A stretch of DNA of 36,360 bases. Origin: a virus (taxonomy: Duplodnaviria; Caudoviricetes). Where the stretch lies: IMG/VR virus record IMGVR_UViG_3300049137_000076, positions 1-36,360 of that record, one strand, 5' to 3'. The notes under the pieces are model-generated. The model made no database searches, was not told the DNA's origin, and saw only the letters and a program-made list of their open reading frames with translations. The position numbers and the translations under genes were made by a program. Each line of letters begins with the position of its first letter. The first letter of the stretch is position 1. Shown here piece after piece: positions 16,116-25,773 of this stretch.

Positions 16116-18296
16116 GTGGCCCTGTCCATCGGCGAGCTGGTCGGTTTCATCCGGGCCGACGACAGCGGGTTCGCGCGGGGCATGGACTCGGCTCGGCTGC
16201 GGCTGCGGGGCCTCCAGCGGGACACCGAGGGCCGTCTCAGGGACATCCGGGGCCGGTTCGTCTCCGAGGGCGAGGCGGCCGGCCGGGGCCTAGCGGACGG
16301 CATCCGCGCGCACGCCGAGATGGCCGCGCCCGCAGTCCGGCGGGTGGGTGCGGCTCTGGCCGCGCTCGGCGTGGGAGTGCCCGCAGCGGCAGCCGTCGGT
16401 GCCGCGCTCGGCGGGATCGCGGCCGGCGCCGCGGCGGCCGGCCTCGCGGTGAAGGCGTTCCAGTTGGCGGCCAAGCCTCAGCTGGACGCGGTGGCGGAGT
16501 CGACGGCCGCAGCCGAGAAGGCGGAGGCGGCGCACGAGAAGGCCACGCTGAAGAAGGCGGCGGCGCAGAAGCTCGCGGCGAAGGGCGGCGACGAGTACAA
16601 GGCGGCGCTGCGGGAGGCGGAGTCGGCGACGAAGGCCGCCAAGGAGGCCGACGCCGCGTACAAGGCGGAGTTGGAAGGCCTGCCGCCCGCGACGCGGGAC
16701 TACGCGGTCGCCCTGCAAGGGCTGAAGAAGGACCACGAGGACTGGTCGAACAGCCTCTCCGGCACGACCATGCCCGTCTTCACGAAGGGCATCCAGATCC
16801 TCCGGGACCTGCTCCCGACGCTGACGCCGTTCGTGAAGGCGGCGGCGTCCGCGTTCTCCGGGTTCCTCGACGACGTGGGCAAGGGCGTCAAGTCGGCCGG
16901 CTTCAAGGAGTGGGCCGCGGACATGGCGGAGGCTGCCGGGCCCGCGCTGTCGAATTTCCTCCAGGTGATCAGGAATTTGGCGGTCGGGTTCGGCGGGCTG
17001 CTCGGCGCGTTCCTGCCGGTCTCGGACGGGATGACCGGCGGCCTGGTCAAGATGACGGCCGCCTTCGCCAACTGGGGCTCGTCGCTGGGCGACAGCCAGG
17101 GCTTCGCGACGTTCATGGACTTGGCGCGCGAGGGCGGGCAGACACTCGGGACCGTGGCCAGCGCCGCGGTGCAGGTGCTCGGTGCGCTGTCGCCGCTGAT
17201 CGGCGTCACGGCGCAGCTCGCCGTGTGGCTCGCCCAGGTGATCAACGCCATGCCGCCCGGGGCGCTGCTGGCGATCGGTACCGCCTGGGCTGCCATCGCG
17301 CTGGCCATCAAGACGTACACGCTGTACACGACGTTGGCGGCCACCGCGACGCGCGTGTGGGCCGCCGCTCAAGGCATCTTCAACGCGGTCATGATGATGA
17401 ACCCGATCGGGCTGGTGATCGCGGCGATTGTGGCCCTGGTTGCCATCATCGTCGTCGCCTACCAGCGCTCGGAGACCTTCCGGGCGGTCGTGCAGGCCGT
17501 GTGGGCGGCGGTGAAGGTCGCGATCCTGGCTGCGGTTGACGGGATCATGGCGGCGATCAACTGGCTGTCGAAGATCCCCGGGAAGGTCTCGGCGTGGTTC
17601 GGCCAGGCCAAGGACTGGGCGATCCGCAAAGCGTTGCAGCTGGTCTCGTGGATGATGGGGCTGCCGCGCCGGGTCGGCTCGGCCATCGCCGCACTCCCCG
17701 GCATCCTGCGTGCCGCCGCCTCGAACGCCTTCCAGCGCTTCCGGGACGCCGCGGCTCAGCGGGCCCTCGCGTTCGTGTCGCTGGTGCGGGGTCTGCCCGG
17801 GCGGGCGCGCTCAGCCCTGGGCAACCTCGGCGGGCTGCTGCTCAATGCGGGCCGCGCGCTGATCCAGGGCTTCATCAACGGCATCAAGTCGATGTTGGGG
17901 AACGTGAAGAACGCGGCCTCGTCGGTCGTGTCCGCGGCCCGGAACTTTTTCCCGTTCTCGCCGGCGAAGGAGGGCCCCTTCAGCGGCAAGGGCTACACCT
18001 TGCACTCCGGGCGGGCCCTGGCGCAGGACTTCGGTCGGGGCATTACGGACCAGCTGCCGTATCTGCGCTCGGTCATGGACAACCTGCCGGCGCCGACGGT
18101 GCCGGACCTGTCCGCACCCGGGCTCGGGGCAGTGCCGGGCGGCTACCCGCCCGCTGGGGCCGGGCGGCGTGAGCCGATCGTGCTGGAGGTCCGTGAGGGC
18201 GCGGGCGGCCGGGTTGAGGCGCTGCTGACGCACATCATCCGGGAGACCGTCGCCATCAGGGGTGGTGGCTCCGTGCAGAAGGCCTTCGGGCAATGA
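16116..18296 (+). CDS. Tape measure protein (726 aa)
   Basis: MALSIGELVGFIRADD, Ala-rich helical, NPIGLVIAAIVALV, FPFSPAKEGP. Confidence 0.92.
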   Translation: MALSIGELVGFIRADDSGFARGMDSARLRLRGLQRDTEGRLRDIRGRFVSEGEAAGRGLADGIRAHAEMAAPAVRRVGAALAALGVGVPAAAAVGAALGGIAAGAAAAGLAVKAFQLAAKPQLDAVAESTAAAEKAEAAHEKATLKKAAAQKLAAKGGDEYKAALREAESATKAAKEADAAYKAELEGLPPATRDYAVALQGLKKDHEDWSNSLSGTTMPVFTKGIQILRDLLPTLTPFVKAAASAFSGFLDDVGKGVKSAGFKEWAADMAEAAGPALSNFLQVIRNLAVGFGGLLGAFLPVSDGMTGGLVKMTAAFANWGSSLGDSQGFATFMDLAREGGQTLGTVASAAVQVLGALSPLIGVTAQLAVWLAQVINAMPPGALLAIGTAWAAIALAIKTYTLYTTLAATATRVWAAAQGIFNAVMMMNPIGLVIAAIVALVAIIVVAYQRSETFRAVVQAVWAAVKVAILAAVDGIMAAINWLSKIPGKVSAWFGQAKDWAIRKALQLVSWMMGLPRRVGSAIAALPGILRAAASNAFQRFRDAAAQRALAFVSLVRGLPGRARSALGNLGGLLLNAGRALIQGFINGIKSMLGNVKNAASSVVSAARNFFPFSPAKEGPFSGKGYTLHSGRALAQDFGRGITDQLPYLRSVMDNLPAPTVPDLSAPGLGAVPGGYPPAGAGRREPIVLEVREGAGGRVEALLTHIIRETVAIRGGGSVQKAFGQ

Positions 18297-18311
18297 CGAT
18301 AGGGAGCGGGC

Positions 18312-21300
18312 GTGGAACTGGACCTGCGCGGAGAGCTGTTCATCGGCGGCCAGTGGGTGGACGCCACGGGCCAGATCCTCCAGCGGCAGGCGCTCGTGCA
18401 CGAGCGTGGCCGGCAGGACCAGGGCGCCCGCGTGGACCCGTCCACCTGCCGACCGCTGCTCAACAACACCGACGGCAGGTTCTCGCCGGACAACCCCATG
18501 GGCCCGTACTACGGCCAGTTCGGCAGGAACACGCCCTTCCGGCTGTCGCTGCGGTCGGGCCCAACGTTTCTGGAGATCCCCGAGGGCGGCGGCGATGCGT
18601 CCACCCCGGACGTGGCCGCCCTCGACATCACGGGTGACATCGACGTCCGTGTGGACCTCACCCTGCTGAACTGGTTGCAGCCCCTCCCGGGCACCACCGG
18701 GATCTTCGACCTGTTCGCCAAGTACTCCGGCTCGGGTCGGTCCTGGCTGCTGGGCACCCTGAACGACACCGTCCTGTTCCGCTGGTCGCAGGACGGCACG
18801 AACATCCTGAACGCCCAGTCCGTTCCCCTGCCGATCCCGGCCAGCGGGCGCCTGGCGCTGCGCGCGACGCTGGACGTCGACAACGGCGCGGGCGGTCGCA
18901 CGATCACGTTCTACACCGCTCCGACGATGGCCGGGCCGTGGACGCAGCTCGGCTCTCCGGTCGTGCAGGCCGGCACCACCTCGATCGCGAACACGACCGC
19001 TCCGCTGAAAGTCGGCGACGCCACGGACTTCGTGTACACCGAGGCTCTGGGGCGCGTCCACAAGGCCGAGGTCCGCAACGGCATCAACGGCCCGCTGGTG
19101 GCCGCACCCGACTTCACCGCGCAGACGCCCGGCGTCACCTCGTTCGTGGACTCGGCGGGCCGTACGTGGACGGTGAACGGCGGCGCCTCGATCACCAACC
19201 GGCACACCAGGCTGGTGCACGAGCTGGCCGCCTACCCCACCCGCTGGCACCCCTCCGGGGCCCACGTGTGGGTGGAAGCGCAGACCGCGGGCATCCTGCG
19301 CCGCCTCGGCCGCGGCACCAAGGCCCTGGACTCGACGCTACGCCGCCGTATCCCCTCGTATGGGCCGCTGGCGTACTGGCCGATGGAGGACGGACAGACC
19401 GCCACCCGGGCGGCGTCGCCGATCGCCGGTGTCCGGCCGCTGTCCCTGTCCCGCGCCGACTGGGCCAGCGCCGACAGCCTGCCCTCGTCGAACCCGCTGC
19501 CCGTGCTCGCCTCCGGCGGTGGCGAACTGCCCATGATGTACGGCCGGATCCCGGCCCCGGCGACGACGCAGACGTCGTGGCAGGTGCAGTGGATCTACCG
19601 CCTGGACCAGGCCAACACCACGCTGAACACCTACATGCGGATCCTGTCGACCGGCACGGTGCGCGAGTGGTACATCCAGCAGCGCGACACCGAGATCCGC
19701 ATCATCGGCAAGGACGACGACGGCGCGAACGTGTTCAGCAACAGCTTCGCGACCGGCCCGGACCTGTTCGGCCAGTGGATCCAGGTCCGGTTCGAGGTGA
19801 ACCAGGACGGCAGCAACGTCGACTGGCAGATCATCTTCACCGACGTGGGCGGAGACGCGGGCGCAGCCAGCGGCACGTTCGCCGGGGCCGTCGGCCGCCC
19901 CACGGCGGTGGCGTCCCCGCCCGACGGCTACTCCTCGAACCTCGACGGCCTGGCGCTGGGCCATATCTCCGCATGGGCGCCGTGGGTCGGCGGCAACGGC
20001 TTCACCGCCTACCAGGGCGCCATCGAGGCCTGGACGGGTGAGACGGCGGGCGAGCGCATGCGCCGCCTGGCCACCGAGGAGAACCTTCCGCTGACCGTGT
20101 GCGGTGTCGTGGCCGAGCAGGAGCCGGTGGGCCCGCAACGCCCGGACGCGCTGCTGACGCTGCTTCAGGAGGCGGCCGACGCTGACGGGGGGATCCTGTA
20201 CGAGGACCGGGAGCGGCCCGCGCTGCGCTATCGGGACCGGGCTGGCATGTACAACCAGACGCCGTCGCTGGTGTTGGACTACACCGCGCCCGGGTTGGCG
20301 CCGCCTCTGGAGCCGACCGGGGACGACGATGCCACGGCGAACGATGTGACGGTGTCCCGGGTGGGTGGCTCGTCGGCGCGTGCGGTCCTGGAGGAGGGGG
20401 CGTTGTCGGTGCAGGCGCCGCCGGACGGTGTGGGCCCGTACGACACGTCGGTCACGTTGAACCTGCACTCGGACGAGCAGACGGAGCCGCAGGCGTATTG
20501 GCGGCTGCATCTGGGCACGTACGAGGGGCGCCGCTATCCGCAGGTGCACGTGATGGTGCACCGGGCGCCTGAGCTGGCGGAGCAGATCCTTGCTACCGAT
20601 GTCGGCGACAAGATCGTCATCCAGAATCCGCCGCGCTGGCTGGCCCCGGGGGATATCGAGCTGCTCGTGCAGGGCTACGAGGAGACGTTCGCCTCGGAGT
20701 TCCAGTGGGACATCGTCTTCAACTGCACCCCGGCCGAGCCATGGACCGTGGCGGTGGTGGGCGACGAGGAGGTGGGCCGTGTCGACAGCGACCGCACCGT
20801 GCTGGCGTCGGCCGTGACGAACTCGGCGACAACGCTGATCACGCATGTCCCGCCCAACGGGCTGATCGTGGAGCGGCAGCCGTGGATCTACTCCAACGGC
20901 CCGAACACCGACTATCCCAACCTGCCCGGCGAGTTCCCCTTCGACGTGGCTCTGGGCGGAGAGGTCGTGCGGGCGACCGGGATCGAGCCGGCCATCTGGG
21001 ACACGTTCGGCCGCACGGTCGCGAACGCGTGGGGGACGGCCAACTCCGGGCAGGCCTGGACCGTGCTGGGCGCGGCGGCCGACTACGCGGTGGGCAGCGG
21101 CTACGCCTCGGCGACCCTGCCGACCACGGGCATTTCCCACCTCGGTCTGCTGCCGGCGCCCAGCGCCGACGTGGACCTGATCGTCGACGTTGCCGTGTCC
21201 GCGCTGCCAACGGGCGCCTCACTGTTCACCGGGCCCATCGCCCGCGCGCTGGACAACAACAACCTGTACCAGTGCCGCGTCGAGGTGACGACGGCGGCCG

Positions 21301-21698
21301 CCGTCATCATGTCGCTGCGCAAGCGTGTGACCGGCACGGAAACGCAGCTGGGCACCTTCACGGCCCCGTTCACGGCTGTGGCGGGCGTGTTCTACCGGGT
21401 GCGGATGCAGCTGTCCGGCTCGGCGCTGAGGGCGAAGCTGTGGCCAGTCACGGCCGACGAGCCGGGGAACTGGCACATCCAGGTCACCGACACGTCGCTG
21501 ACGGCGGCGAACCAGATTGGCGTCCGGGGGTTCTCCAACACCGGCAACACGAACACCAACCCCCAGTTGCGCTTCGACAACTTCCACCTGCGCACCCCGC
21601 AGAAGTGGACCGTCCAGCGCAGCATCAACCAGATCGTCAAAGCCCACTCCGCGGGCACGCTGGTCAGCCTGGCCAAGCCCGCGGTCGTGGCCCTGTGA
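18312..21698 (+). CDS. Large tail-tip/baseplate protein with LamG-like inserts (1128 aa)
   Basis: N-terminal GRQDQ...LNNTDGRFSPDNPMGPYYG; AYWPMEDG LamG-like start; DGGILYEDR and NDVTVSR hub motifs. Confidence 0.85.
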   Translation: MELDLRGELFIGGQWVDATGQILQRQALVHERGRQDQGARVDPSTCRPLLNNTDGRFSPDNPMGPYYGQFGRNTPFRLSLRSGPTFLEIPEGGGDASTPDVAALDITGDIDVRVDLTLLNWLQPLPGTTGIFDLFAKYSGSGRSWLLGTLNDTVLFRWSQDGTNILNAQSVPLPIPASGRLALRATLDVDNGAGGRTITFYTAPTMAGPWTQLGSPVVQAGTTSIANTTAPLKVGDATDFVYTEALGRVHKAEVRNGINGPLVAAPDFTAQTPGVTSFVDSAGRTWTVNGGASITNRHTRLVHELAAYPTRWHPSGAHVWVEAQTAGILRRLGRGTKALDSTLRRRIPSYGPLAYWPMEDGQTATRAASPIAGVRPLSLSRADWASADSLPSSNPLPVLASGGGELPMMYGRIPAPATTQTSWQVQWIYRLDQANTTLNTYMRILSTGTVREWYIQQRDTEIRIIGKDDDGANVFSNSFATGPDLFGQWIQVRFEVNQDGSNVDWQIIFTDVGGDAGAASGTFAGAVGRPTAVASPPDGYSSNLDGLALGHISAWAPWVGGNGFTAYQGAIEAWTGETAGERMRRLATEENLPLTVCGVVAEQEPVGPQRPDALLTLLQEAADADGGILYEDRERPALRYRDRAGMYNQTPSLVLDYTAPGLAPPLEPTGDDDATANDVTVSRVGGSSARAVLEEGALSVQAPPDGVGPYDTSVTLNLHSDEQTEPQAYWRLHLGTYEGRRYPQVHVMVHRAPELAEQILATDVGDKIVIQNPPRWLAPGDIELLVQGYEETFASEFQWDIVFNCTPAEPWTVAVVGDEEVGRVDSDRTVLASAVTNSATTLITHVPPNGLIVERQPWIYSNGPNTDYPNLPGEFPFDVALGGEVVRATGIEPAIWDTFGRTVANAWGTANSGQAWTVLGAAADYAVGSGYASATLPTTGISHLGLLPAPSADVDLIVDVAVSALPTGASLFTGPIARALDNNNLYQCRVEVTTAAAVIMSLRKRVTGTETQLGTFTAPFTAVAGVFYRVRMQLSGSALRAKLWPVTADEPGNWHIQVTDTSLTAANQIGVRGFSNTGNTNTNPQLRFDNFHLRTPQKWTVQRSINQIVKAHSAGTLVSLAKPAVVAL

Positions 21699-21708
21699 GG
21701 AGGTCGCG

Positions 21709-22110
21709 GTGACGCTGTTCCAGCCCGGCATGGTCATCACCGATACGCGGCTCAACGACGGCCCTCCGACCATCACCACCGACTCTGGGCTGACGGCGGC
21801 CACGGGATTCGCGGTGAACGACTTCCGCGGCTACCGCAACGGCCGGAACATCGTGCTGGACATGTACTTGCTGCGCACGGGCGGCACCATCACCGCCACG
21901 ACCGGCAACATCAACGACACGCAGATCTGCACGGTGCCGGCCGGGTGGCGGCCCACTAACGGCACCATCAATGGCGATTGGGACGACGGCAGCTCAGAGG
22001 GCGGGTTCGTCATCGGTACGGACGGCGTGTGCACCCTGCGCACGGCGTCCGGCGACATCACCCTCAACCGCAACCTGCGGCTGCACGTGGACTTCATCAT
22101 CGACAACTAG
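21709..22110 (+). CDS. Minor tail protein
   Basis: SD GGAGG; FQPGMVITDTRLN; ICTVPAGWRP fibre-like motif. Confidence 0.75.
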   Translation: MTLFQPGMVITDTRLNDGPPTITTDSGLTAATGFAVNDFRGYRNGRNIVLDMYLLRTGGTITATTGNINDTQICTVPAGWRPTNGTINGDWDDGSSEGGFVIGTDGVCTLRTASGDITLNRNLRLHVDFIIDN

Positions 22111-22120
22111 GAGACCCCGT

Positions 22121-22366
22121 ATGCCTCTCGGCACCCCGGAGGGCCCGAGCCAGAGCCGGTGGGCGGCGATGTTCAGCAGCACCGCCCACATCGGCGACTA
22201 CCCGGTGACGTTCAACGTCACGGCGACCACCGACAACCCCGACGCCCCGGAGCTGGCGGGCATCTTCCAGCAGTTCGTGGACCTGATCGCGTCGTCTCCG
22301 GACTTCCGGATCCTGTCCGCGACCCGGTCGTACTCCTACTCGGAGCCCATGACGCCGACCCCCTGA
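22121..22366 (+). CDS. Small tail-associated protein (81 aa)
   Basis: SD AGGAG; position after the minor tail gene. Confidence 0.7.
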   Translation: MPLGTPEGPSQSRWAAMFSSTAHIGDYPVTFNVTATTDNPDAPELAGIFQQFVDLIASSPDFRILSATRSYSYSEPMTPTP

Positions 22367-22431
22367 GCACCGCCCCGCCTCGTACGCCCCGCGCCGCCCG
22401 GCCGGGGCCTTTCTTTATGCCTGGAGGCCCC

Positions 22432-23382
22432 ATGGCCACACCGCTCACCGCAGACCGGCTCGTCGCCGCGCTGAAGGCCGAGGGCTGCACCGTCCACGAG
22501 GTCCCCGGATGGCGCACCAACAACCGGAACCACAAAGGCGCCTGGGGACCGGTGCACGGCGTGCAGATCCACCACACCGTGACCGGCCCGGGCGTCGACG
22601 TCGTCGGGCTCATCCTCCGCGGGCACAGCACCCTGCCGGGCCCGCTCTCTACCGGGTGCATCACCAAGGACGGCGTCGTCCACCTGACCGGCAACGGCCG
22701 CGCCAACCACGCCGGCGGCGGCGACGGCCGCGTGCTCCAGGCCGTCATCGACGAGTCCTACGGCGACCGCCCTCCGGCCACGCAGAAGCACGACGGGTCC
22801 CCGGGCGCGGTCGACGGCAACGCGCGCTTCTACGGCTGGGAGTGCGAGAACGAGGGCGACGGCCGCGATCCGTGGCCTGCCCGGCAGTACGACGCGATCG
22901 TCCGGGCCACGGCCGCGATCTGCCGCGCACACGGCTGGAGCGCGAAGAGCGCGATCGGTCACCTGGAGTGGTCGGACTGGAAGGTCGATCCGCGCGGATT
23001 CGACATGAAGGACTTCCGCGCGGCGGTCGCCGCGCGGCTGGAGCATGAGCCCGGCTGGAGCCCGGGCGAGGAGGAGGAAGACGTGCCGCTGACCAAGGCC
23101 GATGTGGCCACCCTGTGGAAGACCGACGGTGTGATCGGCGTCCCGGCCGACTGGTCCCCGGGCAATGAGCACTGGGCGCCGGCCTCGCTGCTCGTCGACA
23201 TGGGCAAGCGGCTGCGTGTCCTCCAGGCCAACGACGCCGCGCAGACGGCCGCGATCACGGCCATGGCTACCGCGCTCGGCCGACTCGACGAGGCCGTGGA
23301 CGTGGACGCGCTCGTGGCGAAGGTGCGGGCCGCGGTCACCGAGGCCGTCGAGTCCATCGACGTCCGGCTCGAAACCAGCTGA
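22432..23382 (+). CDS. Endolysin, N-acetylmuramoyl-L-alanine amidase (Amidase_2-like)
   Basis: IHHT, GRANHAG, YGWECEN, IGHLEW, KVDP Zn-amidase motifs. Confidence 0.92.
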   Translation: MATPLTADRLVAALKAEGCTVHEVPGWRTNNRNHKGAWGPVHGVQIHHTVTGPGVDVVGLILRGHSTLPGPLSTGCITKDGVVHLTGNGRANHAGGGDGRVLQAVIDESYGDRPPATQKHDGSPGAVDGNARFYGWECENEGDGRDPWPARQYDAIVRATAAICRAHGWSAKSAIGHLEWSDWKVDPRGFDMKDFRAAVAARLEHEPGWSPGEEEEDVPLTKADVATLWKTDGVIGVPADWSPGNEHWAPASLLVDMGKRLRVLQANDAAQTAAITAMATALGRLDEAVDVDALVAKVRAAVTEAVESIDVRLETS

Positions 23383-23423
23383 GCCGCCCGGCCAGCTGCT
23401 CAACCAGCAGAGAAGAGAGAACG

Positions 23424-23702
23424 ATGACGAACACCCCTGACTTCCCGACCCGCGCGGACGTCGAGACCGTCGTGAAGACGGGCGCGACCTACGCCCGGGA
23501 CCTGGCCGAGCGCGTCATCTGGACCGGCCTGACCTCGGCCGCCGGTGTCGCCCTGGCCTCCGGCCCCGGGGACATGTTCCGGGTGTCCTTCTGGGAGGGG
23601 CTCGGTGTCGCGGCGATAGCGGCGGGCGGGTCCCTCGTGAAGGGCCTGTTCGCCCGGTTCGTCGGTGCGAAGAACTCCGCGAGCACGGCGCCGGGCGTCT
23701 GA
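23424..23702 (+). CDS. Holin (r1t-like, 2 TM)
   Basis: DLAERVIWT...SLVKGL; follows the endolysin. Confidence 0.75.
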   Translation: MTNTPDFPTRADVETVVKTGATYARDLAERVIWTGLTSAAGVALASGPGDMFRVSFWEGLGVAAIAAGGSLVKGLFARFVGAKNSASTAPGV

Positions 23703-24133
23703 TGCGCGGGGCGGCCCGGTGGCTGACCAGGCGGCTGGGCCGCCGCGGGGCACTCCTCACCCTGAAGGGCATCATGGCCATGGGCTACGGCTCGGGCCAG
23801 CTGGTGCAGCCGACCGGGGACCGGCAGGGCCTGACGCTGCTGCTGCAATGGCGCCCGCTGGAGTTCTGGGGCTGGGTGTGGATCTCGGCGGGCATCATCG
23901 CCGTGGTCTGCGCCTGGTTGCCGCCGCGAAAGGACTGGCCTGGGTTCCTCGCGGTGTGGCTGATCGCCACCCCGTGGGCCATGGCGTATCTGGTGTCGTG
24001 GTGGCCGCTGTGCGAGTCGCCGCGGGGCTGGGTGATCGCTCTCATTTTTGGGTCGTTCGGGGCGGTCTGCCTGGTGGCGATCGGCTGGGACGAGCCTCCC
24101 CCGGCACGATCGGAGCCACCGCGTGAGACCTGA
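23702..24133 (+). CDS. 4-TM membrane protein of the lysis cassette
   Basis: LGRRGALL then four Trp-rich TM helices; TGATG coupling. Confidence 0.8.
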   Translation: MRGAARWLTRRLGRRGALLTLKGIMAMGYGSGQLVQPTGDRQGLTLLLQWRPLEFWGWVWISAGIIAVVCAWLPPRKDWPGFLAVWLIATPWAMAYLVSWWPLCESPRGWVIALIFGSFGAVCLVAIGWDEPPPARSEPPRET

Positions 24134-24134
24134 A

Positions 24135-24500
24135 ATGCTGACCGCCCTGAGCGCTCTGGCCGTCGCTGTTGTCACCGCTATCGGTGGCATTGTGCAGGTG
24201 GTCATCGGCCGTCGGCAGCCACGGCCGGGGCGGGGGGCTGACCGGCGCGACGACTTCACGGCGGTGACTACCAAGCTGGGTGAGCACATTGAGCGTCTGG
24301 AGAGGGAGGCTGCGCAGGACCGGCAGCAGGCGGAGCAGGACCGGGAGCGGATCAGGGCGCAGGACTACGCGCTGCGGTACATCGCTGGGTGGGCTCGCTC
24401 GTTGGTGGCCTACATGCGGCAGGCCCAGCTGGAGCCGCCCCCGCCACCGCAGCCCGTACCTGATGAGGTGCGTCCATACCTGCACGACATCGCTTCATGA
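24135..24500 (+). CDS. Single-TM coiled-coil lysis-cassette protein
   Basis: N-terminal TM, coiled coil, C-terminal PPPPP; alternative GTG start at 24123. Confidence 0.75.
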   Translation: MLTALSALAVAVVTAIGGIVQVVIGRRQPRPGRGADRRDDFTAVTTKLGEHIERLEREAAQDRQQAEQDRERIRAQDYALRYIAGWARSLVAYMRQAQLEPPPPPQPVPDEVRPYLHDIAS

Positions 24501-24506
24501 CCCCGT

Positions 24507-24536
24507 GCCCCCCTCCGCCTTCGGGCGGAGGGGGGC
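24507..24536. terminator. Bidirectional terminator at the end of the late operon
   Basis: 13-bp perfect stem GCCCCCCTCCGCC-TTCG-GGCGGAGGGGGGC. Confidence 0.85.
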
Positions 24537-24541
24537 CTTCG

Positions 24542-24787
24542 TTATGTTCGGGGCGGTGTCTCCACCACGTAGGTGCCCTTGCCGCGCACGGTCCGCACCA
24601 AGCCGCGCTCGGCGAGCAGCTGCACCGCCGCCCGAGCCGTGGGCCGGGAGACGTTGAATTCGTCGACGATGGCGGCCTCGGATGGGATGCGGCGCCGGGG
24701 CGGGTACGTGCCATCGGCGATCCGGGCAGCGAGGACCGCGGCGATTTGCTCGTAGAGCGGCTCGGGGCCGTCGAGATCCACGGTCAT
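24542..24787 (-). CDS. GntR-family wHTH regulator (DNA-binding domain only, 81 aa)
   Basis: PLYEQIA...RIPSE...FNVSRPTARAAVQLL..GLV...GKGTYV. Confidence 0.92.
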   Translation of the reverse strand: MTVDLDGPEPLYEQIAAVLAARIADGTYPPRRRIPSEAAIVDEFNVSRPTARAAVQLLAERGLVRTVRGKGTYVVETPPRT

Positions 24788-24826
24788 ATATCGACCGTAG
24801 GAGCCATACGACGATGCTTCTCGTCG

Positions 24827-24866
24827 GGTGACGTCACCTGACAACACCTGACAAGCGCGGTAGCGT
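24827..24866 (+). promoter_or_regulatory. Operator and promoter of the Cys-rich operon
   Basis: Palindrome GGTGACGTCACC at 24827-24838; CACCTGACAA twice (24835-24854); CTGACA-17bp-TAGCGT. Confidence 0.65.
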
Positions 24867-24936
24867 CGGAGCAGAGAAGACCCCCGCGCCGTGGGACCGG
24901 CCGGGGGCGTGGCCACCGCTTCGAGGGAGCGACGAC

Positions 24937-25293
24937 ATGGCAGAGCCTACGCATCCCACCGCCCCACGGACAGACAGCAGTGCGCTGGCCCTGCTGCCGC
25001 TGCCCAAGGTCTCCGACCTGTCGGCCGAGCAGCTCCGCGGCGCCTGCTGCGTGTGGTGCAGGACCGTGCTCATGGGCGAGACCGCGCGGGACCTGGGCGA
25101 GCGGCCCCACCCGGACAGCGGGCAGATCTTCCCCCGCGGCTGCACCCCGTGCGTCCGCGCCAAGGCTCGCGCGGTGTCCAGCCTCCACACCCGCACGTGC
25201 CGGACCTGCATTGTCAATCGCGAGCCCTGCCTGGACCGGCGGGCCCTGCGCGACCTGGCCCTTGAAGGGCGCCAGCAGGGGTCCGCCCGATGA
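24937..25293 (+). CDS. Cys/His-rich putative Zn-binding protein (118 aa)
   Basis: CVWC, CTPC, HxxxCRTC...C; SD GAGGGAG. Confidence 0.8.
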   Translation: MAEPTHPTAPRTDSSALALLPLPKVSDLSAEQLRGACCVWCRTVLMGETARDLGERPHPDSGQIFPRGCTPCVRAKARAVSSLHTRTCRTCIVNREPCLDRRALRDLALEGRQQGSAR

Positions 25294-25502
25294 CCACGAG
25301 CCTGCTGCGGGAAGCGATAGCCGCACCGTGGTGGGACGCGTACGGGCGTTTCGCGGACCACTGCATCCAGTGCCCGACCTGCAAGGCCGTGGACGACCAG
25401 GGCGCGAACCTGGGCCTGTCCTGCGCCGAGCGGGACCGACTACACGAAGCGTTCCAGCAGGCACGGAAGGGAGGCGCGGGGCATGATCTGCGCACGCTGT
25501 GA
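25290..25502 (+). CDS. Small putative Zn-binding protein (70 aa)
   Basis: DHCIQCPTC...C; ATGA overlap. Confidence 0.75.
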   Translation: MTTSLLREAIAAPWWDAYGRFADHCIQCPTCKAVDDQGANLGLSCAERDRLHEAFQQARKGGAGHDLRTL

Positions 25503-25644
25503 CGGACAGATCCGCAAGGACGAGAGGTACGAAGCGACATCGGTCGATGGGGCGTCCGGCCCGGGCATCACCATCTACCGGCACGCCTTTTACTGCCAGC
25601 CTGCGATGCCGCGGCAGACGGCCCCGTTGGGGCGGGACTACTGA
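25483..25644 (+). CDS. Small putative Zn-binding protein (53 aa, MICARCDGQI...HAFYC)
   Basis: SD GGAGG; CxxC...HxxxC; not in the ORF track. Confidence 0.7.
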   Translation: MICARCDGQIRKDERYEATSVDGASGPGITIYRHAFYCQPAMPRQTAPLGRDY

Positions 25645-25727
25645 CCCCCGGTGCCGGTGCGTCGCCGATCGCGCCGGCGCCGGGATGAGGTGCCCGCTCC
25701 CTTTGTCGCTGCCAGGGAGCGTGCGCC

Positions 25728-25773
25728 GATGAGCGGCCCGCCCCTGCCCCCCGTCGGGGGCGGGCCGCTCATC
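25728..25773. terminator. Bidirectional terminator
   Basis: 17-bp stem GATGAGCGGCCCGCCCC / GGGGCGGGCCGCTCATC between convergent genes. Confidence 0.75.

Noticed and set aside
16480-16680. Ala/Lys/Glu-rich quasi-repeats
   Set aside because: Ordinary helical composition of the tape measure protein
25499-25732. 77-aa ORF in the track
   Set aside because: The overlapping 25483-25644 frame has an SD, CxxC/HxxxC motifs and fits the operon better
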